Source of the DNA: an uncultured Candidatus Saccharibacteria bacterium
GTDB taxonomy: Bacteria; Patescibacteriota; Minisyncoccia; RBG-13-40-8-A
Assembly (NCBI GenBank): GCA_965231075.1
Contig: OZ246412.1
Span: 553,787-617,786, forward strand
Direction of reading: 5' to 3'
Length of the DNA: 64,000 bases
Shown here one piece after another: positions 16,976 through 27,578 of this stretch. Under the pieces are notes generated by a model. That model saw nothing but the letters and a program-made list of their open reading frames with translations, was not told the origin of the DNA and ran no database searches. The translations under genes were made by a program, and so were the position numbers. Numbering within the stretch: the first letter of the stretch is position 1; each line of letters starts with the position of its first letter.

Positions 16976-18901
16976 ATGGAAACTATACTAGAAAATCTTA
17001 ACCCCAAGCAAAGCGAAGCGGTGACCACGATTGATGGACCGATTTTGATATTGGCTGGACCGGGATCGGGCAAGACAAAAGTGCTCACCCATCGCTTGGC
17101 CTATATGGTAAAATCGGGGATTTTCCCACAAAATATCTTAGCGGTAACATTTACCAACAAAGCGGCCGGTGAAATGAAAAATCGAATGCAAACCCTGTTA
17201 AAAAATGAGAATTTTATACCATTTATTGGCACGTTTCACTCTTTTTGTTTAAAAACCCTTCGCAAAGAAATTCCTAAGCTAGGATATAAATCCAGTTTTG
17301 TAATTTATGATGAAGATGATCAATTGGCTATCGTTAAAGACGTTATTAAACGCCTAGATATCAATCCCGATCAGTTCTCTGCCAAACGCGCCCTACACAC
17401 AATTTCTTCTTTGAAAAACGAAATTATTGATTACAAAGAATATGAAAATAATGCGCAAGAATTTTTCGAAAAAATAATTGCCAAAATTTATAGAGGATAT
17501 CAGGAAGAATTGCAAAAAAATAACGCCCTAGATTTTGACGATCTAATTATGTTCATGGTTAGAATCTTCGAAGAACGACCTGATGTTTTGGAGAGATACC
17601 AAGAAGAATACAAATATATCATGGTCGATGAATACCAAGACACCGATCCATCACAATATAAATTGATTAAGTTGTTATCCGCAAAATACAAAAACGTTTG
17701 CGTAGTAGGCGACGATGCTCAGTCGATTTATTCTTTCAGAAACGCTGATTTTAGAAATATTTTAAATTTTGAAAAGGATTATCCGCAAGCTAAAGTCGTA
17801 ACTCTCGACCAAAATTATCGATCAACACAAAATATTTTAGATGCTGCCTCAAAATTGATTTCTAAAAATGTCTATCAAAAACCGAAAAATCTTTGGACAG
17901 AAAATCCTTCCGGTCCACTGATTAATATCGTCGGGACTTGGAACGAAAAAAGTGAAGCTGAATTTATCGTTAAAAAAATCGTTGAATTAACCCAACAAGG
18001 GTATAAATTAAGCGATTTCGCAATTTTTTACAGAACCAATGCTCAGTCACGTGCCGTGGAAGAAGCGTTTATTAAAAACAATATTCCTTACAAACTAGTC
18101 GGAGCAATCCGGTTTTATCAGAGAAGAGAAATTAAGGATTTAATCGGATACCTAAAATATGTTTCCAATGGCGATGAATTGAGTTTGAAAAGAATCATCA
18201 ATACTCCTACTCGAGGTGTAGGCAAAATTACGATCGATAAAATTCTCCAACAGGGCGTTGAAAAAATTGCTGAAGAAAAAAATGAAGTGGGGTTATTTCA
18301 TAAAATTATCCAAAAAGCTAAAGAACTCGCCTTAAATTCTCCTCTGTCGAAACTTTTGAAATTTATTCTCAAAGAAACTGAATATCAAAATTATTTAAAG
18401 AAAGAATATGGTGACAACGAATTGCAAGCTGGGCTTTCCGAAGATGAAGCGCGTTGGCAGAATGTGGAAGAATTGGTTAGCGTCGCTGCCGAATACGACG
18501 ATCTCCCGCCGCCACAAGGACTAAATGAGTTCCTGGAAAAAACCGCTTTACTTTCTGATGCTGATGAGATTCAAAACAATCAAAATGTCGTACACTTAAT
18601 GACTTTGCACACCGCTAAAGGATTGGAGTTTCCCGTGATCTTTATTATTGGTTGTGAGGAAGGAATTCTCCCTCATTCACGAAGCTTGTTGAATCCGCTG
18701 GATATTGAAGAAGAACGCCGATTATTCTATGTTGGTATTACCAGAAGCAAAATCCATCTACATTTAATCGTTTCTCAACGCAGAACGAGTTGGGGATCGC
18801 AGGAAGCAAATCCGCCTTCAAGGTTTTTGTCGGAGATACCCGAACATCTAATAAATTATGAAGATTTTGAACCAGATATTAAGGGACTGATAGACTTCTA
18901 A
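16976..18901 (+). CDS. pcrA: UvrD/PcrA-family ATP-dependent DNA helicase
   Basis: ILAGPGSGKTKVLTHR Walker A; UvrD helicase motifs throughout (VDEYQDT, VGDDAQSIYSFR); 641 aa. Confidence 0.9.
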   Translation: METILENLNPKQSEAVTTIDGPILILAGPGSGKTKVLTHRLAYMVKSGIFPQNILAVTFTNKAAGEMKNRMQTLLKNENFIPFIGTFHSFCLKTLRKEIPKLGYKSSFVIYDEDDQLAIVKDVIKRLDINPDQFSAKRALHTISSLKNEIIDYKEYENNAQEFFEKIIAKIYRGYQEELQKNNALDFDDLIMFMVRIFEERPDVLERYQEEYKYIMVDEYQDTDPSQYKLIKLLSAKYKNVCVVGDDAQSIYSFRNADFRNILNFEKDYPQAKVVTLDQNYRSTQNILDAASKLISKNVYQKPKNLWTENPSGPLINIVGTWNEKSEAEFIVKKIVELTQQGYKLSDFAIFYRTNAQSRAVEEAFIKNNIPYKLVGAIRFYQRREIKDLIGYLKYVSNGDELSLKRIINTPTRGVGKITIDKILQQGVEKIAEEKNEVGLFHKIIQKAKELALNSPLSKLLKFILKETEYQNYLKKEYGDNELQAGLSEDEARWQNVEELVSVAAEYDDLPPPQGLNEFLEKTALLSDADEIQNNQNVVHLMTLHTAKGLEFPVIFIIGCEEGILPHSRSLLNPLDIEEERRLFYVGITRSKIHLHLIVSQRRTSWGSQEANPPSRFLSEIPEHLINYEDFEPDIKGLIDF

Positions 18902-18944
18902 CAAATTTCTAATTATTTTAATTGACTCAATTGTTCTAAGTCCG

Positions 18945-19748
18945 ATGATAGAAATCCAAAAAATTCTTAATAAATACAACACCAAACCCAATAAATTCAT
19001 GGGGCAGAATTTTTTGATTGATGAGAATGTTTTAAATAAAATTTTAGAAACTTCCAACATTAAACCAAATGACATTGTGCTAGAAATTGGTCCTGGTTTA
19101 GGAGTTTTAACGTTAGAATTAGCAAAAAAAGCTAAAAAAGTTATTGCCATCGAAAAAGATAAAGAATTATGTGAAATATTGCAAAACGTTCTAATTGCTC
19201 AAAATGTTAAAAATGTTGAAATTATCCACGACGATATCTTGCGATTAAAACAAATACAACAATTACAACATTACAAAGTCGTTGCAAATATTCCCTACTA
19301 TCTAACCTCTCTCTTGATCAGAATGTTTTTAGAAACAAATAATCGACCATCGGAAATAATTTTAATGATTCAAAAAGAAGTTGCAGAAAGAATTTGTGCC
19401 GTTCCACCAAAAATGTCCTTACTCGCCGTGTCGGTACAGTTTTACGCTAAACCGGAAATTATTTCCTTCGTTTCAAAAAATAGTTTTTATCCCGTGCCAG
19501 AAGTAGATTCGGCTATCATTAAAATCGTACCTCAAACAAAACTGGAAATCGACACAAAAAAGTTTTTTGGGATTGTGAAGAAAGGATTCGCATCAAAGAG
19601 AAAAATGTTAATTAATAATTTAAAGTCCGAATTTCAAAATCCAAATATCAAATCAATTCTTGAAAACATCGGACTAAATCCAAAAGTTCGGGCAGAAAAT
19701 TTATCGATTGACGACTGGATAAAAATCTATGAACAAACAAATCTTTAA
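18945..19748 (+). CDS. rsmA: 16S rRNA (adenine1518/1519-N6)-dimethyltransferase
   Basis: GQNFLIDENVLNKI...VLEIGPGLGVLT SAM-binding motif, NIPY motif; 267 aa. Confidence 0.9.
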   Translation: MIEIQKILNKYNTKPNKFMGQNFLIDENVLNKILETSNIKPNDIVLEIGPGLGVLTLELAKKAKKVIAIEKDKELCEILQNVLIAQNVKNVEIIHDDILRLKQIQQLQHYKVVANIPYYLTSLLIRMFLETNNRPSEIILMIQKEVAERICAVPPKMSLLAVSVQFYAKPEIISFVSKNSFYPVPEVDSAIIKIVPQTKLEIDTKKFFGIVKKGFASKRKMLINNLKSEFQNPNIKSILENIGLNPKVRAENLSIDDWIKIYEQTNL

Positions 19749-21369
19749 TCTTAAATTAAATATTATTTGGCTCTTACCGATTTTGAGCGGGTTATTATTG
19801 GTCCTATTTCCATTATTTGATTTTGGCTATCTGGTTTGGTTTTCATTGATTCCGTTGTTGTGGTTTATTTTTTCAAAATCAATCACAACAAAGAAATCGT
19901 TTCTGGGTGGACTATTAACTGGGACGATTTTTGGCGGAGGATTGTTGTTGTGGCTATTTGATACTGTACCATTCGAATTCATCGGTGTTGATAACGAAAA
20001 AGAAGTTGTGTTGGTCTTTTTTGTTTTCTTAGTTCTGTGGTTGATTCACATTATATTCATTGGATTATTCATTGGTGCTTTTTCTTGGGTGATAAAAAAA
20101 TTGTCATTGAAATTAAATTTTATCTGGCTTGTGTTTCTGATCCCCGGGGCCTGGATAGTTTTTGAATATTTGCGAGCATGGGGATTTAATGTTTTATGGC
20201 TAGGAAAAGAAACTCTGTGGAGCCCATATTGGACATGGGGGAACCTAGCATACTTTATACATAACCATTATCCTCTGACGCAAATCGCCAACATTGGCGG
20301 AATTTATTTAATTGGCTTTTTAATTGTTTTGATTAACGTGCTGTTATTTTTATTAATTTATAAATTCAAACAATCAACGCTATCTTCAAAACTATTTATC
20401 TCGATACTTGTATCCGTCGCATTGATTCTATCTTTATGGATGATTTATGGAACCCACCAACTAAATGGGCACCAAAACACAAATACAGTTAAACTAGCTA
20501 TCTTGCAAACCAATTTCGCCTCGGGAAATGAGCTAAATGCTTACAATAAATTGGCCGTGTTTAATATCATTAAAGAACTGTTTCAAAAGTTTGACAATGT
20601 CGACCAAAAACCTGATATTGTCATTGAGCCAGAAGGATTCAGTTTTGTTACAATGTCTGGGAACAATAATATCGCTAAACATATTTTGGGAGATTTTTGG
20701 GAGCCGGGTCAAATATTTGTCGAAAATCAAAAATTTTCCGATGAAGATAAAAAAACAAAATCTCGATTATTTTATCTTGACCTAGACAAAAAACAACCAA
20801 TCGCTTTTTACGATAAAACATTTTTGATGCCTAACGGAGATTATTTGCCATACATCACAGAATTATTTCTAAAAATGTATTCATTTAAATCCGATTTAAG
20901 TCAGAAATTTTTCTCTCGCGGCAGTTCTTTTAGTGTGGCTGAAACGCCAAAAGGAGTTTTAGGTGGGACGATATGCACAGGATTTATGTCGCCAAATGAA
21001 AATAGGCAAATGGCCAAAAATAAAGCAACAATCTTGATTTCGGCCTCTAGCGACGCTCCGTTTCACGGATCTAAAAAACTTTTGAATCAAATTATTGGAA
21101 TGACGAAATTCCGTGCCATAGAAAATCACCGTTATTTTGCACAAGCCACAAACATGGGATACTCTTTCTTGCTTGATTATCACGGATTAATTGTTGATAA
21201 ACCAGAAAAAATAGATAATCGTATAATAATCGTTGACGCCGAACTTTCAAATGTCGAAACCTTTTATACAAAACTCGGCGACTGGATAATTTATTTGGCG
21301 ATTTTAACACTATTGATGGTTTGGTTATCTTATTTTTTGAAAAATGTTATAATTAAATATATCAAATAA
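19729..21369 (+). CDS. lnt: Apolipoprotein N-acyltransferase-like protein (N-terminal polytopic membrane domain plus C-terminal carbon-nitrogen hydrolase domain)
   Basis: Multiple N-terminal TM helices; CN-hydrolase triad candidates IVIEPEGFSF (Glu), YDKTFLMPNGDYLPY (Lys; compare Lnt KxxLVPFGE) and GGTICTGF (Cys). Confidence 0.5.
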   Translation: MNKQIFNLKLNIIWLLPILSGLLLVLFPLFDFGYLVWFSLIPLLWFIFSKSITTKKSFLGGLLTGTIFGGGLLLWLFDTVPFEFIGVDNEKEVVLVFFVFLVLWLIHIIFIGLFIGAFSWVIKKLSLKLNFIWLVFLIPGAWIVFEYLRAWGFNVLWLGKETLWSPYWTWGNLAYFIHNHYPLTQIANIGGIYLIGFLIVLINVLLFLLIYKFKQSTLSSKLFISILVSVALILSLWMIYGTHQLNGHQNTNTVKLAILQTNFASGNELNAYNKLAVFNIIKELFQKFDNVDQKPDIVIEPEGFSFVTMSGNNNIAKHILGDFWEPGQIFVENQKFSDEDKKTKSRLFYLDLDKKQPIAFYDKTFLMPNGDYLPYITELFLKMYSFKSDLSQKFFSRGSSFSVAETPKGVLGGTICTGFMSPNENRQMAKNKATILISASSDAPFHGSKKLLNQIIGMTKFRAIENHRYFAQATNMGYSFLLDYHGLIVDKPEKIDNRIIIVDAELSNVETFYTKLGDWIIYLAILTLLMVWLSYFLKNVIIKYIK

Positions 21370-21422
21370 ATTTGATGAATATTGATCTATCTTGACATTT
21401 AAATTTTTGATATAATAAAGAT

Positions 21423-22439
21423 ATGAAAATCAAAATAAAAAAATCGCGCTTAGCTATAATTCCATTAGCAATAGTTTTTGCTATTGGATTAATTTTATTT
21501 ATCGGTGCTTTTGCAAAAAAAGATGCCTTCTCAACATATAATTTATGGGGGGCGAAACAAACAATTGTCGAATCGCAAAACCTTGATACTGATAATGATG
21601 GGTTAAAAGATTGGGAAGAAGAACTATACAAGACCGACAAATTAAATCCTGACACTGATAATGATGGGTATCTAGATGGAGAAGAAATTAACTCCGGAAA
21701 CAACCCTTTAATTAAGGCCCCTGGAGACGAGGAAATGTTTTATCCTCTTCCGTTGGGAAATCGTTATAATATCACCAATAAAATTCTAAATAGTGAATTT
21801 ATCGATTCGATACTGGAGTCGTATATAGCTCAGAAAAACGAATACATTAACGACCATCAGATTTCGTCGCCAGGTCAATACGATGCAGCGACTAAAGATA
21901 CCACTATCCAGACCATGTTTACAAGAGCAATTGCCGACGGTTATCCGAAATTAATTGAAAGCGCAAATCAAATGTTGGAAGACATGCCGGAAATTTTCAA
22001 TTTGCGGGTCGCCGATCAAGATATTGTCCTATCAGATAATAATAGTGTAGAAAATATTAATACCTATATTTCACGAGCGTCGTCAGTATTGAAATCAAAA
22101 ACATTTTTTTTGCAACAGCAAAGCTTGTCTGCTATAACAGCCGCATTTAAAGAAGGTGATTTTTCCAAAATAGATATAATTATTAAGGATAATACCAACA
22201 AAATAGATTTATTAAAAGAAATTATTGTCCCCTCTTCATGGAAAGATGTTCACAAAGAAGGATTGCAGCTCATCTTAACGATAAGAAATATTTTTATCTC
22301 GTTCCGAGATCTTCCTAATGATCCATTAAAAGCCTATGTAGCTGTAAATGAATTTGAAAAATTTCCCGAGAGATGGAATAAGTTTTTAGAAAAAGTAATT
22401 AATTTGGCGAAACAACAAAATATAGAAATTAATTTATAA
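21423..22439 (+). CDS. Secreted/anchored protein with thrombospondin-type-3-like Ca-binding repeats
   Basis: N-terminal TM/signal; DTDNDGLKDWEE and NPDTDNDGYLDGEEIN repeats; first gene of a long co-directional operon. Confidence 0.5.
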   Translation: MKIKIKKSRLAIIPLAIVFAIGLILFIGAFAKKDAFSTYNLWGAKQTIVESQNLDTDNDGLKDWEEELYKTDKLNPDTDNDGYLDGEEINSGNNPLIKAPGDEEMFYPLPLGNRYNITNKILNSEFIDSILESYIAQKNEYINDHQISSPGQYDAATKDTTIQTMFTRAIADGYPKLIESANQMLEDMPEIFNLRVADQDIVLSDNNSVENINTYISRASSVLKSKTFFLQQQSLSAITAAFKEGDFSKIDIIIKDNTNKIDLLKEIIVPSSWKDVHKEGLQLILTIRNIFISFRDLPNDPLKAYVAVNEFEKFPERWNKFLEKVINLAKQQNIEINL

Positions 22440-22443
22440 AAAC

Positions 22444-25320
22444 ATGCTCACAAAATTTCAAAAAACGATTATATTCTCATTGGTCTTTTGTCTGATGTTC
22501 GGTTTGGTCTTTAATATATTTATTATAAAACCGAAATCAGTTGAGGCGACCGACGGAGGCGCGGGATGGGTACAGGCGATTAAAGATCTGGTACTTGATG
22601 CTGTTGGCTGGGCTGTAACAGATCAAATCTTACAACCACTAAAACAAAAGATTCAAGATTGGGGCATGGGCAAAACTAGCGACGACAACAAACCATTTTT
22701 TGTTATTGACTGGAAAGAGTTTGCCAACGAAGCTTTAGATGTCGCTTCAGCAAGATTTATAGAAGAAGTGGGACTAACCAAGCTTTGTGGTCCACTAAGA
22801 ATTAGTATTGGTCAAAACCCATTGTTTACAACATATTATACTGACCAACCGAAATATAAAAATTATGCTGCCTGTACACTCGACTCTGTTATAAGTAACG
22901 TGGATTCATTTCTCGATAATCCATCGATTAGCGTTTTTGGTTGGAATGCTTGGTCAGTTTTAACACAACCAAATAATAATTTTCTGGGCGCCTACCTGTT
23001 GGCTAGTCAAAGAAGCATAGAAATCGCCAATGAGGAAGCTAAGGCCAAAGACAAAGAAGTGGCTGCTAGTGGTGGGGTGAAAAACGAGACCACCACAAAC
23101 GAAACCGATACAGATGCTTGCCTTAAAAAGTGTGATTCAGAATTTGACGTGAATAGAGAAAACAATGGTCAGCTGTGGGAAGATTGCACCGATAAATGTG
23201 AAACCACAACTAAAGGAGTCCCCACAAAAAGTTCAGTTAAAAACCTCGGTTCGACAATAAAGAAAAATATCGACGACGCTCTGGGAGCAGATATGAGTAG
23301 AATCATTAGTGCTGATGAAATTAGTGAGCTCGTTGGTGTATTTTTTAGTGCCGTTATAAACAAAGCAATCGATGGGTTGGGGTTGGTACCATCTAGTGCG
23401 AATAAAACCGCAGCAGAAGAATCTCGCGATGAAATGAATGACCTTTATTCCTATGGAGATGGCAGCAATGAGATGACCGAAGAAACAAAACAGAATATTC
23501 GTTTGTCAGTTTTAAACGGAATGCTTAAGGGCGTGCAGATGATATCTAGATCAACAGCAAAATGTGAAGACGAAGATACCATGATAACCGATTTGGATTT
23601 TAATAAAAATATTAGTGATATATACTCAGCACAATTAGAGGCGCTGTATGTGGGAACTGCAGGGGTAAATCTCAAACCGGATTTTATAGTTTTGGATTCT
23701 CCGTATGCGCCATTTTCTCTATATGGTTATGGATGGAGCAATATTCCGGGAGTTAAAATGCCAGCTAAATGCAAGAAAATAACTGCCCAGGCAGGATTAG
23801 GATCGTCTGGTTCTTGTACAAATATCGTCAGCGGTCTTGAACCAAATTATAGTCCCAACTGTAAGAGATGCATATATGATGGAAGCGAATTAAATTGTCC
23901 TCCTGCGCCGTATCCTCCGTTCAGCAGCGTATCGGGGGATGTGGTAACGCCAGTGATCCCAGACGATGCAACGATTTTAGCCAAACAAGATTTTTATAAT
24001 AAATGCATGGAATGGTATGACGTAACTAAAAATAGATGCAGTGATTGCGTGAAGAAGGCTGATGCTAAATGTAATCAGGGGGACGAAATTGAAAAACAAG
24101 CATGCATTGAAGATGTCTGTAATAATTATGATGACCTTAAGCCACACGTTGCGTCTACTATCACTAGTAGCGTCGATTTTTACAACAAATGTCTATTAGA
24201 AGAAAAAAAATCTTCCTGCTTTACTTGTCTTAAAGAATATTTTATGCCTGCTTCATACTGTGACACTATGACTGAGTTTACAGCCAGATCATTAATCAAA
24301 TATCCTGCTGTCGTACTAGCGACAAATGTTGACGACGGTCGTTCTGTGGGAAGATACGACTCTACTTTTCAGGAAGCATTTGAAGATAGAGCTACCGAAT
24401 GTAATAACGATAAAAACAGAGGAGCAGCAATCGAAGTAAGCCTAATCTGCAGAATTATGCCAGAGTTCAAACATAATGGCATACAAATCTGTAGACAATA
24501 TTGTATGGGAAGCGGAATGACTGAAATAGAATTGAACGACATTTTAGATAATCGGCCAACTGATGGAGACTGTAATAACAAAAAAATAGGGATTGGTGGC
24601 TCAATTAACGTTTGGGATGTTGTTAAGAATGGAAACTTTCAACAACTAAGCAAATGTTGTGCAGCCACTAACACCACAAGCGTAAAAAAATATTCTACTT
24701 GTATAGGAGCATCGCAGCCCGCCGAAATCTGTACTTATGCGGTGCCACCAGAACAAGAGCCTTGGTGTTATTGTAGTGAAGGATATCGTCCACTGGGATT
24801 TACAAGAACCGGATTTCCACGATCTAGTGGATTGGGTGGGGATTGTAGTAATACTTCAGTTATTGATTGGACTACCAGTGGAATATCAGCGATACCATCT
24901 GGAAGAGAGGTTTACATATATACCAGCAATCAACCAGTAGACAGTGATATATATTATATTGCTAAGGGAGAATGCACCGAGAAAGACAATAATTGGGAGA
25001 ATGCCACTGGTCAAGGACTCGAAGATGGACAAGTTGACGAAGCTTATCATAATTTCACTATGAGTGAAATAACTCAACCATCGAGCGTAATTTGTTCCGG
25101 AAGTGGCGCAAATAGTGATTTTCAGTGCAATGAGGCAGCGGGACAATCGAGTCTCAATCTGGGGGTTTACCACACACAATTATTAGGACTTGGAGCCCCC
25201 GAATCTTCCACAGGGGTCCATATGTGTGCAAAATGCGAATCGTCTGATTCCGGATATCCGAGTTATGGATACAAAGATAAGTCAGGATATACGTCGGATC
25301 AATGCACTGGCAAACAATAA
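22444..25320 (+). CDS. Large (958 aa) secreted cysteine-rich protein, hypothetical surface component of the T4SS-like operon
   Basis: Signal/TM at the N-terminus; more than 60 Cys in clustered CxxC/CxnC patterns across the length; overlaps the next gene's start. Confidence 0.6.
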   Translation: MLTKFQKTIIFSLVFCLMFGLVFNIFIIKPKSVEATDGGAGWVQAIKDLVLDAVGWAVTDQILQPLKQKIQDWGMGKTSDDNKPFFVIDWKEFANEALDVASARFIEEVGLTKLCGPLRISIGQNPLFTTYYTDQPKYKNYAACTLDSVISNVDSFLDNPSISVFGWNAWSVLTQPNNNFLGAYLLASQRSIEIANEEAKAKDKEVAASGGVKNETTTNETDTDACLKKCDSEFDVNRENNGQLWEDCTDKCETTTKGVPTKSSVKNLGSTIKKNIDDALGADMSRIISADEISELVGVFFSAVINKAIDGLGLVPSSANKTAAEESRDEMNDLYSYGDGSNEMTEETKQNIRLSVLNGMLKGVQMISRSTAKCEDEDTMITDLDFNKNISDIYSAQLEALYVGTAGVNLKPDFIVLDSPYAPFSLYGYGWSNIPGVKMPAKCKKITAQAGLGSSGSCTNIVSGLEPNYSPNCKRCIYDGSELNCPPAPYPPFSSVSGDVVTPVIPDDATILAKQDFYNKCMEWYDVTKNRCSDCVKKADAKCNQGDEIEKQACIEDVCNNYDDLKPHVASTITSSVDFYNKCLLEEKKSSCFTCLKEYFMPASYCDTMTEFTARSLIKYPAVVLATNVDDGRSVGRYDSTFQEAFEDRATECNNDKNRGAAIEVSLICRIMPEFKHNGIQICRQYCMGSGMTEIELNDILDNRPTDGDCNNKKIGIGGSINVWDVVKNGNFQQLSKCCAATNTTSVKKYSTCIGASQPAEICTYAVPPEQEPWCYCSEGYRPLGFTRTGFPRSSGLGGDCSNTSVIDWTTSGISAIPSGREVYIYTSNQPVDSDIYYIAKGECTEKDNNWENATGQGLEDGQVDEAYHNFTMSEITQPSSVICSGSGANSDFQCNEAAGQSSLNLGVYHTQLLGLGAPESSTGVHMCAKCESSDSGYPSYGYKDKSGYTSDQCTGKQ

Positions 25321-27572
25321 TGGTAATAAAATTTATGAAAACAAACATGAAATCAAAATATAAAATTTCAACAATAACAATGATCGTAAGTATTGTTATG
25401 TTGGGAGTTATTGTCCCTGCGTATGCCCACGCAGGAGTCTTTAGTTTTATCGGAGATATCTTAGGAAATGTGGCCGCGGACTTGTTGTCGCTCTTAGTTG
25501 GTCTGATTCAGGGATTGTTGGGATTGTTAATAAAAGTTGGAGCTGCTTTTTTTGAGACAATGTTGAATTTTGGTTTCACTAGGAATTCTAGCGTTGATAT
25601 CGTTAAAACCGGATGGACGGTAACTAGAGATTTTGCAAATATGTTGTTTATACTCTTTATGATTGTGATTGCGTTTGCGACAATATTAAGAATAGAGGGC
25701 TACGGTATAAAAAAATTATTACCGAAGGTTATTGGTATAGCTCTTTTAATCAACTTCAGCATGGTACTATGTTCGGTGGTTGTTGACTTCAGCAATATTA
25801 CCGCCAATTTTTTTGTTAAGGATATAAACACCAAACTAAATGGCAAAACCATGGGAGCAGTGTTTGTGGATAGCATGAATCTATCCAAAATATTAACGTC
25901 TCAGATTGATTATAGTGGTTGTGACAAAACTTATCGAGAGGAACTATCGTCTTGTGATGAAATGAGAAAAACCATGGTGCCGGGTGATTATCAAAAATGT
26001 AGAACAAACGCCCAAAACGTAAGGGTTGCTTGTGAACAACAACTAGCAATAGCCGCACAAAACGCAGCTAAGCCCAAAAACGGATTAATTGAACTTATGG
26101 ATGTATTAATCTCTGGAATCTTTGGATCAATATTGTTGCTAATTGTAGTATTCACATTCTTCGCTGGAGGAGTCCTCTTGTTGATTAGAATGATATCCAT
26201 ATGGTTCTTGATCATGATCGTTCCCTTAGTTTTTATTTGCTACATAATACCGTCACTAAACTCTAATTGGAAAAAGTGGTGGGGAAAATTTCTCAATTGG
26301 TGTATTTTTGCACCTGCCTACAGTTTCTTTATCTGGTTAGCAATCAAAGTATCTATAGAACAATCCAATAAGAAAATCGTTGCAGGCATATCTAGTGCCA
26401 ATAATTATATATCAGACCCCGGAGTAACTAATAATCCGTTTATATTTAACCCTGGTCAAAATTTAATAAGTTTTGCATTTATCATTGCCCTTTTGGTCGG
26501 TGGGCTAATTGTAGCTAAATCTCTCGGAGTGTATGGAGCAGACACTGTGATGAAAATTGCAACCAACGCTAGAAAGGGTGCGACCGATTGGGCAAAGAGA
26601 AAAAGTACTGGCGCAGCTAAAGAGTTGGGCGCTAGAGGTGCTGGGTCATTGAAACAGGGGGTGGGGTCAATACTAAAAATGAAATACAGCCCATTTAAGA
26701 GTACGGGCAGGAGAATGGAAGCAGGTGGCAAGTTAATGAAACAGGACTCTGCTAGTGCCAAGGAAGTTGAAGCGTACAAGAAACGATTAGCTGTAATGTC
26801 GAGGGAAGATATGGTGGCCGAAATAAATTCCCCGCATTTACGAAAATCATTTAAATTAGCAGCCATACAAGAGGCTCAAAAGCGTGGAGACTTATCCAAA
26901 ACTGACAACCTCGACGCGATAAGATCATCTGTCAACACCCTCAAGGCTTACGGATACGATAAAAGCTCTTCGGATCTTCAGAATAATAGAGCAGACGCCA
27001 TTGAGGACAGAACAAAACAAAAAGAAATTGTCGAAAAAATGGCAAAAGAAGGTAAGCTTGGAGAGTTGTCTCTGCAAGCGATAAAGGATGAAAACGTAAC
27101 AGCATTATTGGCAGAGGTGTGTGAGCCACAACAACTCGAAGCAATAAGAAACACTTCTCGTCAACATGCTGAAGCTCTAGATAAGGCCCTAGAAGATATT
27201 ACCAATCCATTAAATGCAGCTGCCATGACAGCTAAACATATAAATCCTGCTCTAGAGAAAATACAACACGCTTATGCGGCTCAAACGGGCAAACTTGATA
27301 GATTAACCGCTGGCCCAACAGGTACGGCGCAATCATTTATAAAAGAGGTTGGGGCAAATTACGCCCTTAAGCGTGTTAAATCTGTCCCCGCAACAGCAAT
27401 GCCCGATATCGTGCCAAATATTCCCGTAAATAAACTTAAATCAATGATAGCAGAAATGGAAGATACTGCCGCAAAAGAAGTTATAACATACATCAAACAT
27501 ACACTGCCAAATACGCACGATTTATGGAAGCTTGTAGACAAAGATGAGTCCCTAAAGAATATCGCCCCATAA
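25302..27572 (+). CDS. Polytopic membrane protein, VirB6/TrbL-like candidate with a C-terminal coiled-coil extension
   Basis: Signal peptide, then at least 6 hydrophobic helices (aa ~40-420), then ~330 aa of hydrophilic K/E/A-rich tail; position in the operon before VirB3/VirB4-like genes. Confidence 0.4.
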   Translation: MHWQTIMVIKFMKTNMKSKYKISTITMIVSIVMLGVIVPAYAHAGVFSFIGDILGNVAADLLSLLVGLIQGLLGLLIKVGAAFFETMLNFGFTRNSSVDIVKTGWTVTRDFANMLFILFMIVIAFATILRIEGYGIKKLLPKVIGIALLINFSMVLCSVVVDFSNITANFFVKDINTKLNGKTMGAVFVDSMNLSKILTSQIDYSGCDKTYREELSSCDEMRKTMVPGDYQKCRTNAQNVRVACEQQLAIAAQNAAKPKNGLIELMDVLISGIFGSILLLIVVFTFFAGGVLLLIRMISIWFLIMIVPLVFICYIIPSLNSNWKKWWGKFLNWCIFAPAYSFFIWLAIKVSIEQSNKKIVAGISSANNYISDPGVTNNPFIFNPGQNLISFAFIIALLVGGLIVAKSLGVYGADTVMKIATNARKGATDWAKRKSTGAAKELGARGAGSLKQGVGSILKMKYSPFKSTGRRMEAGGKLMKQDSASAKEVEAYKKRLAVMSREDMVAEINSPHLRKSFKLAAIQEAQKRGDLSKTDNLDAIRSSVNTLKAYGYDKSSSDLQNNRADAIEDRTKQKEIVEKMAKEGKLGELSLQAIKDENVTALLAEVCEPQQLEAIRNTSRQHAEALDKALEDITNPLNAAAMTAKHINPALEKIQHAYAAQTGKLDRLTAGPTGTAQSFIKEVGANYALKRVKSVPATAMPDIVPNIPVNKLKSMIAEMEDTAAKEVITYIKHTLPNTHDLWKLVDKDESLKNIAP

Positions 27573-27578
27573 TCTTTT

